64,000 bases of DNA, taken from contig JBBRPA010000012.1 in assembly GCA_038228695.1 (NCBI GenBank), forward strand, positions 82-64,081. The letters are read 5' to 3'. Shown in pieces: positions 9,200 to 18,598 of this stretch. A program made the translations under genes and the position numbers. This stretch comes from Chthoniobacterales bacterium. Lineage in GTDB: Bacteria > Verrucomicrobiota > Verrucomicrobiia > Chthoniobacterales > DASVRZ01. Positions within the stretch are counted from its first letter, which is position 1. Each line of letters opens with the position of its first letter. The notes beneath the pieces were generated by a model. The model searched no databases. It worked only from the letters and a program-made list of their open reading frames with translations, and was not told the DNA's origin.

Positions 9200-10293
9200 T
9201 CCGGCATCTTTACGTCCACATCCCGTTCTGTCCGAAGGTCTGTCCCTACTGCTCGTTCTACAAAGAGACCTCAGATCGAAATAAAACGCAGCGGTTTCTC
9301 GATGCCGTCCTCGCCGAGCTAGATGCGGCGCTGGAAACGCGCGCGCTTCAGCCGGAAACCATTTTCTTCGGCGGCGGCACCCCGTCTGCCCTCTCCACGA
9401 AACAATTGGAATATCTCTTGGGCGGTCTGCGCGACCGGCTTGATCTAACCATGCTCCGCGAATGGACTCTCGAGATGAATCCGGCCACTGTCTCTCGCGA
9501 AAAGGCCGAGCGCTTGCTTGCTCTCGGTGTCAACCGCGTGAGCATGGGCGTGCAAGCTTGGGACACCGCAACCTTGGAAAAACTGGGCCGAGTTCATTCC
9601 GCGGCGCAAGCCCAGCGCTCCTACGAAATTCTTCGCGAGGCCGGTTTTACTAACATCAATCTCGATCTCATTTTTGGCACGCCTGGGCAAACGGCAGACA
9701 CCTGGTTTTCGAATCTCCGCGAAACGATCGCTCTCGCGCCTGAGCACATTTCTGCCTATTGCCTAACTTACGAGGAAGACACGGAATTTTTCCGCCGGTT
9801 CCAAAGCGGCGAACTGCAACAGGACGAAAACATGGATGCTACGCTTTACGATGGGAGTATCGATCTCCTCGAATCCGCCGGCTACGCCCAATACGAGACC
9901 TCTAACTATTCCCGGCCCGGTCGCGAGTGCGCCCATAATCTCGCCTATTGGCTTGGTCGCGATTATCTCGGGCTTGGCCCGAGCGCCTTCTCCACGGTAG
10001 GAGCGGACCGCTGGAAAAACATTCCGGACACCGCCGCCTATTGCGGACTGATCGAAAGCTGTGGCGAGGCTCGGTCTTTCCACGAGGAAATCACTCCCGC
10101 GATCCGCCACAGCGAGACCGTTGCGTTTGGCCTCCGCACCAACCGCGGGATTAGTCTCGACCAACTCGCCGCCCATCTTCCGCGCGTCCACCAGCTCACC
10201 GCCGACGGCTTTTTAACCTCGGCCACCGGACGAGTTTTCCTAACCAAACAAGGCCGCCTTGTTGCGGACAGCATCGCGGAGTTGCTGATCTAA
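9196..10293 (+). CDS. hemW: radical SAM heme chaperone HemW
   Basis: 'LYVHIPFCPKVCPYCSF', 'GGGTPS', 'HNLAYW'. Confidence 0.88.
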   Translation: MIRHLYVHIPFCPKVCPYCSFYKETSDRNKTQRFLDAVLAELDAALETRALQPETIFFGGGTPSALSTKQLEYLLGGLRDRLDLTMLREWTLEMNPATVSREKAERLLALGVNRVSMGVQAWDTATLEKLGRVHSAAQAQRSYEILREAGFTNINLDLIFGTPGQTADTWFSNLRETIALAPEHISAYCLTYEEDTEFFRRFQSGELQQDENMDATLYDGSIDLLESAGYAQYETSNYSRPGRECAHNLAYWLGRDYLGLGPSAFSTVGADRWKNIPDTAAYCGLIESCGEARSFHEEITPAIRHSETVAFGLRTNRGISLDQLAAHLPRVHQLTADGFLTSATGRVFLTKQGRLVADSIAELLI

Positions 10294-10294
10294 C

Positions 10295-11488
10295 ATGGCT
10301 ACCGCGTTCGACGTCGTCATCATCGGAGCCGGACCGGCTGGGTCGGTCTGCGCGACGGTTTGCGCGCGGCGCGGTTTGCGGGTTCTAGTGATCGACCGGG
10401 AGCGCTTTCCCCGCGATAAAGTCTGCGGCGATTGCCTGAACCCGTCCGCCTGGAAAGTGCTCGAACGACTAGGCATCGCGGAAACCATCCGCCAGCTACC
10501 ACATTCGCGGCTCGAACGGATCGAGATCGCCAGCATCAACGAACGTGTCTATGAGTTTTTGCTACCCGCTGGCGAAGAAGGCGAGACGGGAATCCGCCGG
10601 CGGGATCTTGACATGGCACTGATCCAACTCGCCCGTGCGGCCGGGGCGGCCTTCCTAGAAAGCAGCCCAGTCACCGCCGTCTCCGAAGGCTGGCAGATCA
10701 CCGCTGGCGGAAAATATTTCACCGCGAAAACCCTCGTCGCCGCCGACGGACGCAATTCGACCGTAGCCCGGCTGCTCGGTCTGATGCCCGAGCAGAAAAA
10801 AGACCGCGTTGGCATCCAGACCCACATCACACTCCTTCCCGAGCAGCGTAATTTGGTGCGCATGCAGTTTCATCCCGAGGGTTACAGTGGGGGTGCCTCC
10901 ATTGGCGACAATCTTTGGAATCTCTGCCTCGTGGCGGAGGGTGGGAAAATCGAAGCCCTCAAGGCACGCGCTACGAAACTCTGGAAACTACCACGCAACC
11001 TCCCGTGGAAAAGTCTCTCGCCGCTGAGTCGCGCCCCACTTCCCTCTGCCGCCGAATCGCTCTTCCTCGTCGGCGATGCCGCCCGGGTCGTCGAGCCTTT
11101 TACTGGAGAGGGCATCTATTATGCGTTGGCCAGCGGCGAACTAGCCGGGTTGCACATCGATGATCCGGCCCTTTATCGGAAGAAACACGACGCCCTTTAT
11201 CGTGGACGCCTCTGGGTCAATCAGTTCAGCAAATGGGCCGTGCTCCATCCGAGAGTGGCGAGCTGGTTGCTAGAGCATTTGCCTGCAGGCTGGCTGCTCC
11301 GGCAACTGACCACGAAAGTCACGGGAGCGCCCGCCCGTGGGGTTCCTTTTAGTGCTCGGGAGCGGGGGCGGGTTTTTCGCCCGGCGCCTCCGACAGGGGT
11401 TTTTCCTCACCTTGAGACGCCTCCTGATGACCATGCTCCTCATGGAACGGTGCCGTTTCCTCAGCGGAATGACGTTCACAAGCCGTAA
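10295..11488 (+). CDS. FAD-dependent oxidoreductase, geranylgeranyl-reductase family
   Basis: 'IIGAGPAG', 'FPRDKVCGD', 'AADGRNS', 'GDAA...PFTGEGI'; last ~45 aa look like read-through. Confidence 0.85.
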   Translation: MATAFDVVIIGAGPAGSVCATVCARRGLRVLVIDRERFPRDKVCGDCLNPSAWKVLERLGIAETIRQLPHSRLERIEIASINERVYEFLLPAGEEGETGIRRRDLDMALIQLARAAGAAFLESSPVTAVSEGWQITAGGKYFTAKTLVAADGRNSTVARLLGLMPEQKKDRVGIQTHITLLPEQRNLVRMQFHPEGYSGGASIGDNLWNLCLVAEGGKIEALKARATKLWKLPRNLPWKSLSPLSRAPLPSAAESLFLVGDAARVVEPFTGEGIYYALASGELAGLHIDDPALYRKKHDALYRGRLWVNQFSKWAVLHPRVASWLLEHLPAGWLLRQLTTKVTGAPARGVPFSARERGRVFRPAPPTGVFPHLETPPDDHAPHGTVPFPQRNDVHKP

Positions 11489-11531
11489 AAAAGAGGAGGA
11501 GACCGGAAGAAAGCAGCACGAAAAATTTCAT
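11349..11531 (-). CDS. small putative lipoprotein, His/Glu/Pro-rich
   Basis: MKFFVLLSSGLLLFFTA-C signal/lipobox from ATG 11531, followed by a low-complexity hydrophilic tail. Confidence 0.6.
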   Translation of the reverse strand: MKFFVLLSSGLLLFFTACERHSAEETAPFHEEHGHQEASQGEEKPLSEAPGEKPAPAPEH

Positions 11532-11669
11532 CCGCAGAGATTCGCATAATCCCCTCCGCACGGCACGAAAAAAAACCACCTGCTCCGGTTTCAAGGTCTT
11601 CGCAGATTTTTGGCCTCCTCCATTTTAGCGTTCAGTTTTCGGCGTGGGCTGGTATTCAGACACCCGTTC

Positions 11670-13430
11670 ATGATGCGCAAACGACACTCCCGCGACGATA
11701 CGCTGCGGATTCTACGCCGCTTCGCCGGATATCTTCTTCCGTATCGTGCCCGGCTTTCTTTTGTTTTCCTTTTGCTGCTCACTGTCGCTGGACTGGAGCT
11801 CATCCGGCCCTGGATCGTCGGCGCGATCATCGACCGAGTGACCCACCAGCAAGCTTGGTCCGCAATTGTTTGGCTGTTGGGCCTGTTTTTCGCCTCCGTC
11901 GTCCTCAAGGTGCTGGCCGCGCTCTGGCGCAACTTCCTGCTCCAGCAGACGGGTATGCGCGTGACCTGCGACGTGCGCATCGCCATTTTCGCTCATCTGC
12001 AAAAGCTCTCCCTCCGTTTCTACGACGAACGCCAGACCGGTAAAATCGTTGCCCGCGTCGCCTCTGACACCGGCTCCATGTTCAACCTCGTCTCTGGCGC
12101 CTCCGTCAACCTCATCGGCGACTTCATCACCCTCATCGGCGTCCTTCTCATCCTCGCCTGCACCAACTGGAAACTCGCCCTCCTTACTTATGCCGTCCTC
12201 CCACTTTTCGTCCTGAATTTCCTCTGGCACCGCCGACGCCTCCGCATCGAAGCCCGGAGTCACCGGCGTAACTGGGACAAAGTCATCGGCTTCCTCAACG
12301 AACGCATCGCCTCCTCCCGCCTCATCCGCGCCTTCGCCACCGAGCAAATCGAGATCACTCAATTCAACCGCCGCATTGAGGACGACCTCCTCAACTTCAC
12401 CCGCATCCTCTGGCGCACTGGCCTCCTCAGCGGCGGCGCCGAGATTATCACCGGCCTCGGCACCCTCGTTGTCCTCGGCTACGGCTCCTGGCTTGCCTAC
12501 CATCACATCGACGGTTTCACCGTTGGCCAACTTGTCGCTTTTACGGGTTACCTAGCACTCCTTTACACTCCCATCACTCGGATCGTAGACGCTAACACCA
12601 TGATCCAGCAAGCCGTCGTCGCCCTCGAAAAAATCTTCAACGTTCTCGACACCGAACCGGCTGTTCCGCAAAACGACAACCTCCCCGCCCTCCCCGCAGT
12701 CACCGGCGAAGTCCGTTTCGACCACGTCTCCTTCGGTTACCGTGCCCACCAAGCCACGCTGGCAGACGTCAGCTTCACCATCGCCCCCGGCAGAATGCTC
12801 GCCCTCGTTGGCCCGAGCGGCGCCGGCAAAAGCACCGTCATCACCCTCCTCGCCCGCTTTTACGAAGCCACCGCAGGCCGCATCTTCATCGACGGGCTCG
12901 ACATCCGCGATTACAACGTCCAATCGCTCCGCCGCCAGATCGGCATCGTCATGCAAGAAAATATTCTTTTCTCCGGCTCGATCCGCGACAACATCAAATA
13001 CGGTCGGCCCAAAGCCACCGACGAAGAAATGATCGACGCCGCCCGCGCCGCCAACGCCCACGACTTCATCGAAAAATTTGCCCGTGGCTACGAAAGCGAA
13101 ACCGGTGAGCGCGGCGTTACCCTTTCCGGTGGCCAGCGCCAACGCATCGCCATCGCCCGCGTCATCCTGAAGAACCCGCGCATTCTCATCCTCGACGAAG
13201 CCACCTCCGCCCTCGATACCGTCTCCGAACGACTGATTCAAGAAGCGCTCGAACGCCTCATGGCCAGCCGCACCACCCTCGTCATTGCCCATCGCCTTAG
13301 CACGATCGTCAAGGCCGACGAAATCTTAGTGATGGAAAACGGCCGTATCGTCGAACAAGGCACCCACGCCGATTTGATCGGAAAACCCGGCCTCTACGCC
13401 ACGCTGCATAATTTGCAGTTTAAGGACTAG
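11670..13430 (+). CDS. ABC exporter, fused permease/ATPase (MsbA/Sav1866-like)
   Basis: TM domain plus GPSGAGKS, LSGGQRQ, ILDEATSALD, AHRLST. Confidence 0.93.
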   Translation: MMRKRHSRDDTLRILRRFAGYLLPYRARLSFVFLLLLTVAGLELIRPWIVGAIIDRVTHQQAWSAIVWLLGLFFASVVLKVLAALWRNFLLQQTGMRVTCDVRIAIFAHLQKLSLRFYDERQTGKIVARVASDTGSMFNLVSGASVNLIGDFITLIGVLLILACTNWKLALLTYAVLPLFVLNFLWHRRRLRIEARSHRRNWDKVIGFLNERIASSRLIRAFATEQIEITQFNRRIEDDLLNFTRILWRTGLLSGGAEIITGLGTLVVLGYGSWLAYHHIDGFTVGQLVAFTGYLALLYTPITRIVDANTMIQQAVVALEKIFNVLDTEPAVPQNDNLPALPAVTGEVRFDHVSFGYRAHQATLADVSFTIAPGRMLALVGPSGAGKSTVITLLARFYEATAGRIFIDGLDIRDYNVQSLRRQIGIVMQENILFSGSIRDNIKYGRPKATDEEMIDAARAANAHDFIEKFARGYESETGERGVTLSGGQRQRIAIARVILKNPRILILDEATSALDTVSERLIQEALERLMASRTTLVIAHRLSTIVKADEILVMENGRIVEQGTHADLIGKPGLYATLHNLQFKD

Positions 13431-13519
13431 CCAGCCGCGACAGCCCGACTCACTCCTTTCGTCCAAATCGGGCCTTTGCGGGATCGACAGGTGGCTAACG
13501 TTTTGTCATCATTACCTCA

Positions 13520-14503
13520 ATGTATCCACTTCCGCTCACGCTTACAAACCTAACTCTCCCCAAGGAAAAAACCTATTTCAACATCCTGCGCGTTCTTGCC
13601 ATTTTGCTTTGGGTGGCGATTGCCGCAACATTTATTGGCATCCCTTACGCGCTGCTGATCGGGTTAGTACTCTGGATGGTGAATGGGCTGCTGGTGGCGC
13701 ATTTGCGTTCCGAAGGTGTGCAGGTTTCAGCAGAACAATTTCCCGAGCTTTACCAAACTTTTCGCGATGTCCTAACCACGTTTAATCCAAAAAATGAGCC
13801 GGAACTTTATGTCATTCAATCCAACGGGGTTCTGAATGCTTTTGCCACCCGTCACAGCGGACGCGATTTCGTGGTGATTTTCTCCAGTATTCTCGATGAT
13901 TACGGCTACGATTCGCCGGAGATTCGATTTTTAATCGGCCATGAACTCGGCCACATTTCGGCGAAGCACCTTTTGAAACGAATGCTCCTCGCTCCTGCGA
14001 TGATTCTTCCCTGGCTCCCGCCTGCCTATTCCCGGGCTTGCGAGGCTTCCTGCGATCGTTATGGAGCGTTGGCGGCGGGCGACATCGACGGCGCGATCAA
14101 TGCGATGATGACTCTTTCCGCCGGGAAGATGCCGGCATCGAAAATGAGTCCCGCCGGTTTTGCCCAACAACATTATCAACACCGCGATTTCTTTGTTTCC
14201 TGGCATGAGTTGAATTCATTTTATCCGACCCTATCGCAACGCGTCTCCAATCTGCTGGCCATCAAACTTGGCACCTATCAACCGAGCCCCAGCCGGCATC
14301 CAATGGCTTATATTTTCACCCTCTTCAATTTGCGCAATTTGGTGATTCTGTATGTCGTGTTCATTGTCGGCGCCATCGCTATGCCGGTTGTCCTGAAGGC
14401 AAGGAAACAGGCCGCGGCTGCCCGACACCAAATCCAATCGCTCCAGAAGAATACGGACGATGTTAGTGATGAGCCAGCAGCCCCCGCAACTACCCCAGAA
14501 TAA
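13520..14503 (+). CDS. M48-family zinc metallopeptidase (HtpX/Ste24-like), membrane-bound
   Basis: 'LNAFA', HELGH, 'YSRACEASCD', TM segments. Confidence 0.88.
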   Translation: MYPLPLTLTNLTLPKEKTYFNILRVLAILLWVAIAATFIGIPYALLIGLVLWMVNGLLVAHLRSEGVQVSAEQFPELYQTFRDVLTTFNPKNEPELYVIQSNGVLNAFATRHSGRDFVVIFSSILDDYGYDSPEIRFLIGHELGHISAKHLLKRMLLAPAMILPWLPPAYSRACEASCDRYGALAAGDIDGAINAMMTLSAGKMPASKMSPAGFAQQHYQHRDFFVSWHELNSFYPTLSQRVSNLLAIKLGTYQPSPSRHPMAYIFTLFNLRNLVILYVVFIVGAIAMPVVLKARKQAAAARHQIQSLQKNTDDVSDEPAAPATTPE

Positions 14504-15405
14504 TGATGCGTTTGTCTGTTGCAGTTTTTCTTTTTGCCTTCGCGTTGATGTTAGATTCGTCATTCGGCGATACTTCGACATTGCAACCGCCGCGCGAAAC
14601 GCCGCTCGTGGAACTGGCAGCGGACCAAGTGCCAATGGATGGGGTGTCCAAAACCGGAGCGTCGGCGTTGCGGATCGTTCCAGCAAAATGGAAAGTGGCC
14701 GGAACCCCGAATTTCTACATTCACTTCCGGCGGATGACGGAGGCGCGGAAGGTCGCCCGCGAAGTGGAGTTTAACCTCGCTTTTATCGCGCGGCAGCTTG
14801 GCGCGAAGCCAGAAGATTACGCCCGAAAATCACACGTCTATGTCTTCGAGGATCTGGGCGAATGGTCGCAGTTTGTCGCTGAGGCTGGAGTGCCAGATTG
14901 GACCGCTAGTTTTGCTTTCGGCGATGAGTTGTTTTTAAATGTGCGCGGCCAGAACGGTGCACCGTTTGATTCGCAAACGCTGGCCCGCGAGACGACGCAT
15001 GCGATCGTTTCCCGCATCTACAAAAACCGTCGCTGGCCGCTCTGGCTGAACGAGGGATTTGCTGAATACATGGGCAGTGCTTCGGTTGCGGAACGCAAAA
15101 ACCAAACCGTGAAACGGCTCCAGCGTGATCTCGGTAAAATGGCCGATATGCCCCTCGGGGAACTGGTCGCGCTGCGAGAGTATCCCTCAGATCCCAAAGA
15201 GGTTAGTCGGCTTTATCGGACTGGGGAAAAGCTCGTGCGATTTCTTATGACGAGCGGCACTCCGGAGCAATTCGTTGCTTTCGCCAACACCCTGATCGCG
15301 GGCCGAACAATCGAGGAAGCCATCCCGGAAATTTACCCGGCGGCGTTTCCCGATTTTGCGAAGTTCACCGATTCGTTTGCAAAATATTCCGGCGGCAAAA
15401 GGTAG
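14503..15405 (+). CDS. secreted peptidase-MA/gluzincin-like protein with degenerate zinc motif
   Basis: signal peptide; 'LARETTHA' (HExxH with H>R) followed by 'PLWLNEGFAEY'. Confidence 0.7.
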   Translation: MMRLSVAVFLFAFALMLDSSFGDTSTLQPPRETPLVELAADQVPMDGVSKTGASALRIVPAKWKVAGTPNFYIHFRRMTEARKVAREVEFNLAFIARQLGAKPEDYARKSHVYVFEDLGEWSQFVAEAGVPDWTASFAFGDELFLNVRGQNGAPFDSQTLARETTHAIVSRIYKNRRWPLWLNEGFAEYMGSASVAERKNQTVKRLQRDLGKMADMPLGELVALREYPSDPKEVSRLYRTGEKLVRFLMTSGTPEQFVAFANTLIAGRTIEEAIPEIYPAAFPDFAKFTDSFAKYSGGKR

Positions 15406-15474
15406 GCTTGCCAGCCGAGCTACGCCCGCTATTCTCCGACCGTCCGACGGCCCTCCGGGAGGGCATTCAAACCC

Positions 15475-16536
15475 ATGATTTCGATTACGATTGAGCAGTT
15501 GATCAAGAAATTCGGTCAGACGACCGCGCTCGACGGCATCGACCTCCGCATTGAACCCGGCGAGTTGTTCTTTTTGTTAGGACCGAGTGGCTGCGGCAAG
15601 ACTACGCTCCTGCGCAACATCGCAGGTTTTTACATTCCCGACGGAGGTCGGATTTTGTTCGACACCGAGGACGTCACCCGGCTTCCTCCGCACCAACGCA
15701 ACACCGGGATGATGTTTCAAAGTTACGCGCTCTGGCCGCATTTGACGGTCGCGAAAAATGTCGCCTTCGGGTTGGAAGAACGCCGTGTGCCCAAGGCTGA
15801 ATGCGCTCGCCGCGTAGCCGATGCGCTCGCCTCCGTCCGCATGGAACAATACGCCACCCGCAAGATCGGCCAGCTCTCCGGTGGTCAGCAGCAGCGGGTC
15901 GCCCTCGCCCGCGCCATGGTCATTCGTCCGCGCTGCCTGCTCCTCGACGAGCCACTTTCTAACCTCGACGCGAAACTCCGCCTCGAGATGCGACTCGAGA
16001 TCCGGCGGATCTGCAAGGAGTTCGGATTGACCGCAATCTATGTCACGCATGATCAAAAAGAAGCGCTCTCCATTTCTGATCGGATGGCCATTCTCGACTC
16101 GGGAAAAATCGCTCAGATTGGAGACGCGGAAGAAGTTTACCGACGCCCTGTATCTAAGTTAGTCGCGGACTTTATTGGCGAGACGAATTTTATCACCGGA
16201 AAAATCATCGCGCTTGAGGCGGGCGGTGGCCGGGTGGAAACAGCGCTGGGGGTTTTTCGCGGTGCGGCTCCCGAAAAAGCCAGCCTCGGCCAAGCGGTCA
16301 CCCTCTCGATTCGCCCGGAAAGCTGGAAACTAGCTATCGAACCCGCCGGGACTAACTCGATCACGGGCCGCGTAAAGAACATCACCTATCTCGGCGAACT
16401 GGCGCAATACGAGTTTGCCGCAAAGGATCAGATGCTGAAAATATTTGAGATGAACCCCAAGGCGACTTCCCACCGAGGTGAGCGGGACTTGCATGCGATC
16501 GTCGATCCGGACGATGTGGTCATCCTCACGCGCTGA
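15475..16536 (+). CDS. ABC importer ATPase, PotA/FbpC family
   Basis: GPSGCGKT, 'FQSYALWPH', LSGGQQQ, LLDEP, VTHDQ, C-terminal TOBE-like region. Confidence 0.92.
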   Translation: MISITIEQLIKKFGQTTALDGIDLRIEPGELFFLLGPSGCGKTTLLRNIAGFYIPDGGRILFDTEDVTRLPPHQRNTGMMFQSYALWPHLTVAKNVAFGLEERRVPKAECARRVADALASVRMEQYATRKIGQLSGGQQQRVALARAMVIRPRCLLLDEPLSNLDAKLRLEMRLEIRRICKEFGLTAIYVTHDQKEALSISDRMAILDSGKIAQIGDAEEVYRRPVSKLVADFIGETNFITGKIIALEAGGGRVETALGVFRGAAPEKASLGQAVTLSIRPESWKLAIEPAGTNSITGRVKNITYLGELAQYEFAAKDQMLKIFEMNPKATSHRGERDLHAIVDPDDVVILTR

Positions 16537-16542
16537 TTTTCC

Positions 16543-18117
16543 ATGAAACTCTGGCACATCGTCGCGTTGCTAGCCCTCGTGGTTGCCGTGCCTTTCGCGC
16601 TGCGCCCCAAAATCGGCCTAACTGCTCCGGACGCGCAGACGTTAGTCATCGTCAGTCCGCATAACGAGGCGATCCGGGCTGAGTTCACGCGAGCCTTTCA
16701 GGAACATTGCCGTCGCACCCACCAGCTCGAGGTGGCGTTGGACTGGCGCACACCCGGCGGCACGAGCGAGATCGCGCGTTACCTAGATTCGGAATATCTC
16801 GCCGCGTTTGAATATTTCTGGACGAAACACATCGGCAAGCCATTCACGATCGTGGAGAAAGGCGCTTTCGCCAATGGCCGGATTGCGCTTGATGACAACC
16901 CGGCCAACGACACGCCTGCGGAGGCGGCACGGCGGGCGTTTCTCGCTTCAGAAGTGAGCTGCGGGATCGATCTTTTTTTTGGGGGCGGCAGTTATGATTT
17001 TAATCAGCAGGCAGCGAAAGGCACACTCGTTAATTGTGGATTGCTTGTGCGACATCCGGAGTGGTTTGGTCCGGACGGAATCCCGCAAACGCGGGGCGGC
17101 GAGGATTACTACGATCCGCAGGGGCGCTGGTTCGGTGCGTGTCTTTCCGCGTTTGGCATTTGTTATAACACCGACTCCCTTGACCGGCTGAACCTCCCGC
17201 CGCCCGCGCAGTGGGCCGACCTCGCTAACCCGGCTTTTTTTCATCAAATCGCATTGGCTGACCCGACCAAAAGCGGCTCGATCACCAAGGCGTTCGAAAT
17301 GATCATCCAGCAGCAGATTCACGAATCGGGTGGAGCTGCCGGGATCGACGCCGGATGGATTCGCGGCCTGCAACTCATCCAGCGCATCGGGGCCAACGCC
17401 CGTTATTTCACCGACTCCGCCCCGAAAGTGCCGCTCGACGTTTCCTCCGGCGATGCGACTGCCGGGATGGCGATTGATTTTTACGGCCGCTTCCAGAGCG
17501 AGGCGGTCCGACGCCCCGATGGCAGTTCGCGCTTGATCTATCTGAACCCAGCCAACGGCACCTCGACAGGGAGCGATCCGATCGGCCTGCTCCGGGGTGC
17601 ACCTCATCCGGAATTGGCGCGGGCGTTCATCGATTTCGTCCTGTCTCCGGAGGGTCAAAAACTCTGGAACTTCCGGCCCGGCACACCCGGCGGCCCGCAG
17701 CAATATGCTCTGCGCCGCCTCCCCATCCAGCCGTCACTTTACGCGGAATCCTTTCGCAAATTTCGCAGCGATCCGGATGTTCTTCCGTATTCGGACGCAG
17801 CCGCATTCGATTACCAAGCGGCGTGGACAGGCGGTCTTTTTCGGCAGATGGGGTTCATCATTCGCGCCATGGCAATTGATCCTCATGAGGAAATGCAGGC
17901 CGCTTGGGAGGCGCTCATTCAAGCTGGTTTTCCCCCGAAGGCCACTGCCCGTTTCAGCGATCTCGAAGCGGTCAGTTACGCGAAGGCCACGGGTGATCTC
18001 AAGAAGCGCCTCGGGTCACCGAACAAAATCGACGAGGTGCGCCTCGCCCGGGAGCTTTCCGGGCACTTCCGCGAGCAATACGAGGAGGCGCGCGACCTAG
18101 CGCGGGCCGGAGAATAA
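16543..18117 (+). CDS. ABC-type extracellular solute-binding protein (Fe3+/AfuA-like family)
   Basis: N-terminal hydrophobic leader, 'DLFFGGG', 'WADL', 'ADPTKSGS', 'ARAFIDFVLSPEGQ'. Confidence 0.8.
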   Translation: MKLWHIVALLALVVAVPFALRPKIGLTAPDAQTLVIVSPHNEAIRAEFTRAFQEHCRRTHQLEVALDWRTPGGTSEIARYLDSEYLAAFEYFWTKHIGKPFTIVEKGAFANGRIALDDNPANDTPAEAARRAFLASEVSCGIDLFFGGGSYDFNQQAAKGTLVNCGLLVRHPEWFGPDGIPQTRGGEDYYDPQGRWFGACLSAFGICYNTDSLDRLNLPPPAQWADLANPAFFHQIALADPTKSGSITKAFEMIIQQQIHESGGAAGIDAGWIRGLQLIQRIGANARYFTDSAPKVPLDVSSGDATAGMAIDFYGRFQSEAVRRPDGSSRLIYLNPANGTSTGSDPIGLLRGAPHPELARAFIDFVLSPEGQKLWNFRPGTPGGPQQYALRRLPIQPSLYAESFRKFRSDPDVLPYSDAAAFDYQAAWTGGLFRQMGFIIRAMAIDPHEEMQAAWEALIQAGFPPKATARFSDLEAVSYAKATGDLKKRLGSPNKIDEVRLARELSGHFREQYEEARDLARAGE

Positions 18118-18175
18118 TTCACACATTCGGCACTTGCGCCGAACCCTTCTCCCCGTCACTATACGCCACCCAAAT

Positions 18176-18598
18176 ATGGAATTACTCGTAGCTACCCTCT
18201 GTGACAACGCCTCGGAAAGCCAAGGCAAACTCAACATCACCGGCGCCTTTGACGCCATCATCGCTCAAAGCTTCCCCGCTGGCTTCAGCTTCACGCTCGC
18301 CCTGCGCTTCAGCTTTAATGCTGGCGACCACGGCGAACACCGCTTCTCGATCCGACTCGAGGAAGAGGGCGGTGAGCCGAACACCCAGCCGCCAACCGAA
18401 TCGACCATGAACGTCAATATGCCTCCTGGCACGACCGGATTCTCGACTCAGAATATGATCACCCCATTACAGGGCAGCATCAAAAAAACGGGCATCTACC
18501 GCTTCGACGTCCACTTTGACGACGAGATTCTCGCACGCGTTCCGCTGCGTGTCGTCGCGCAGGACGAAGTGACGCTGCCGGCTCTCGCCGCCGTCTAA
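18176..18598 (+). CDS. conserved hypothetical beta-sandwich protein (DUF6941-like)
   Basis: 'LCDNA...GKLNITGAFD', 'GIYRFDV' pattern; start moved to ATG 18176. Confidence 0.65.
   Translation: MELLVATLCDNASESQGKLNITGAFDAIIAQSFPAGFSFTLALRFSFNAGDHGEHRFSIRLEEEGGEPNTQPPTESTMNVNMPPGTTGFSTQNMITPLQGSIKKTGIYRFDVHFDDEILARVPLRVVAQDEVTLPALAAV

Noticed and set aside
11712-13292. Long antisense ORFs (272 and 246 aa), and similar ones at 2033-2854, 22313-23329, 23600-24730, 30331-31305 and 49247-50497
   Set aside because: Shadow frames of well-supported genes caused by GC-rich codon bias; no motifs of their own.
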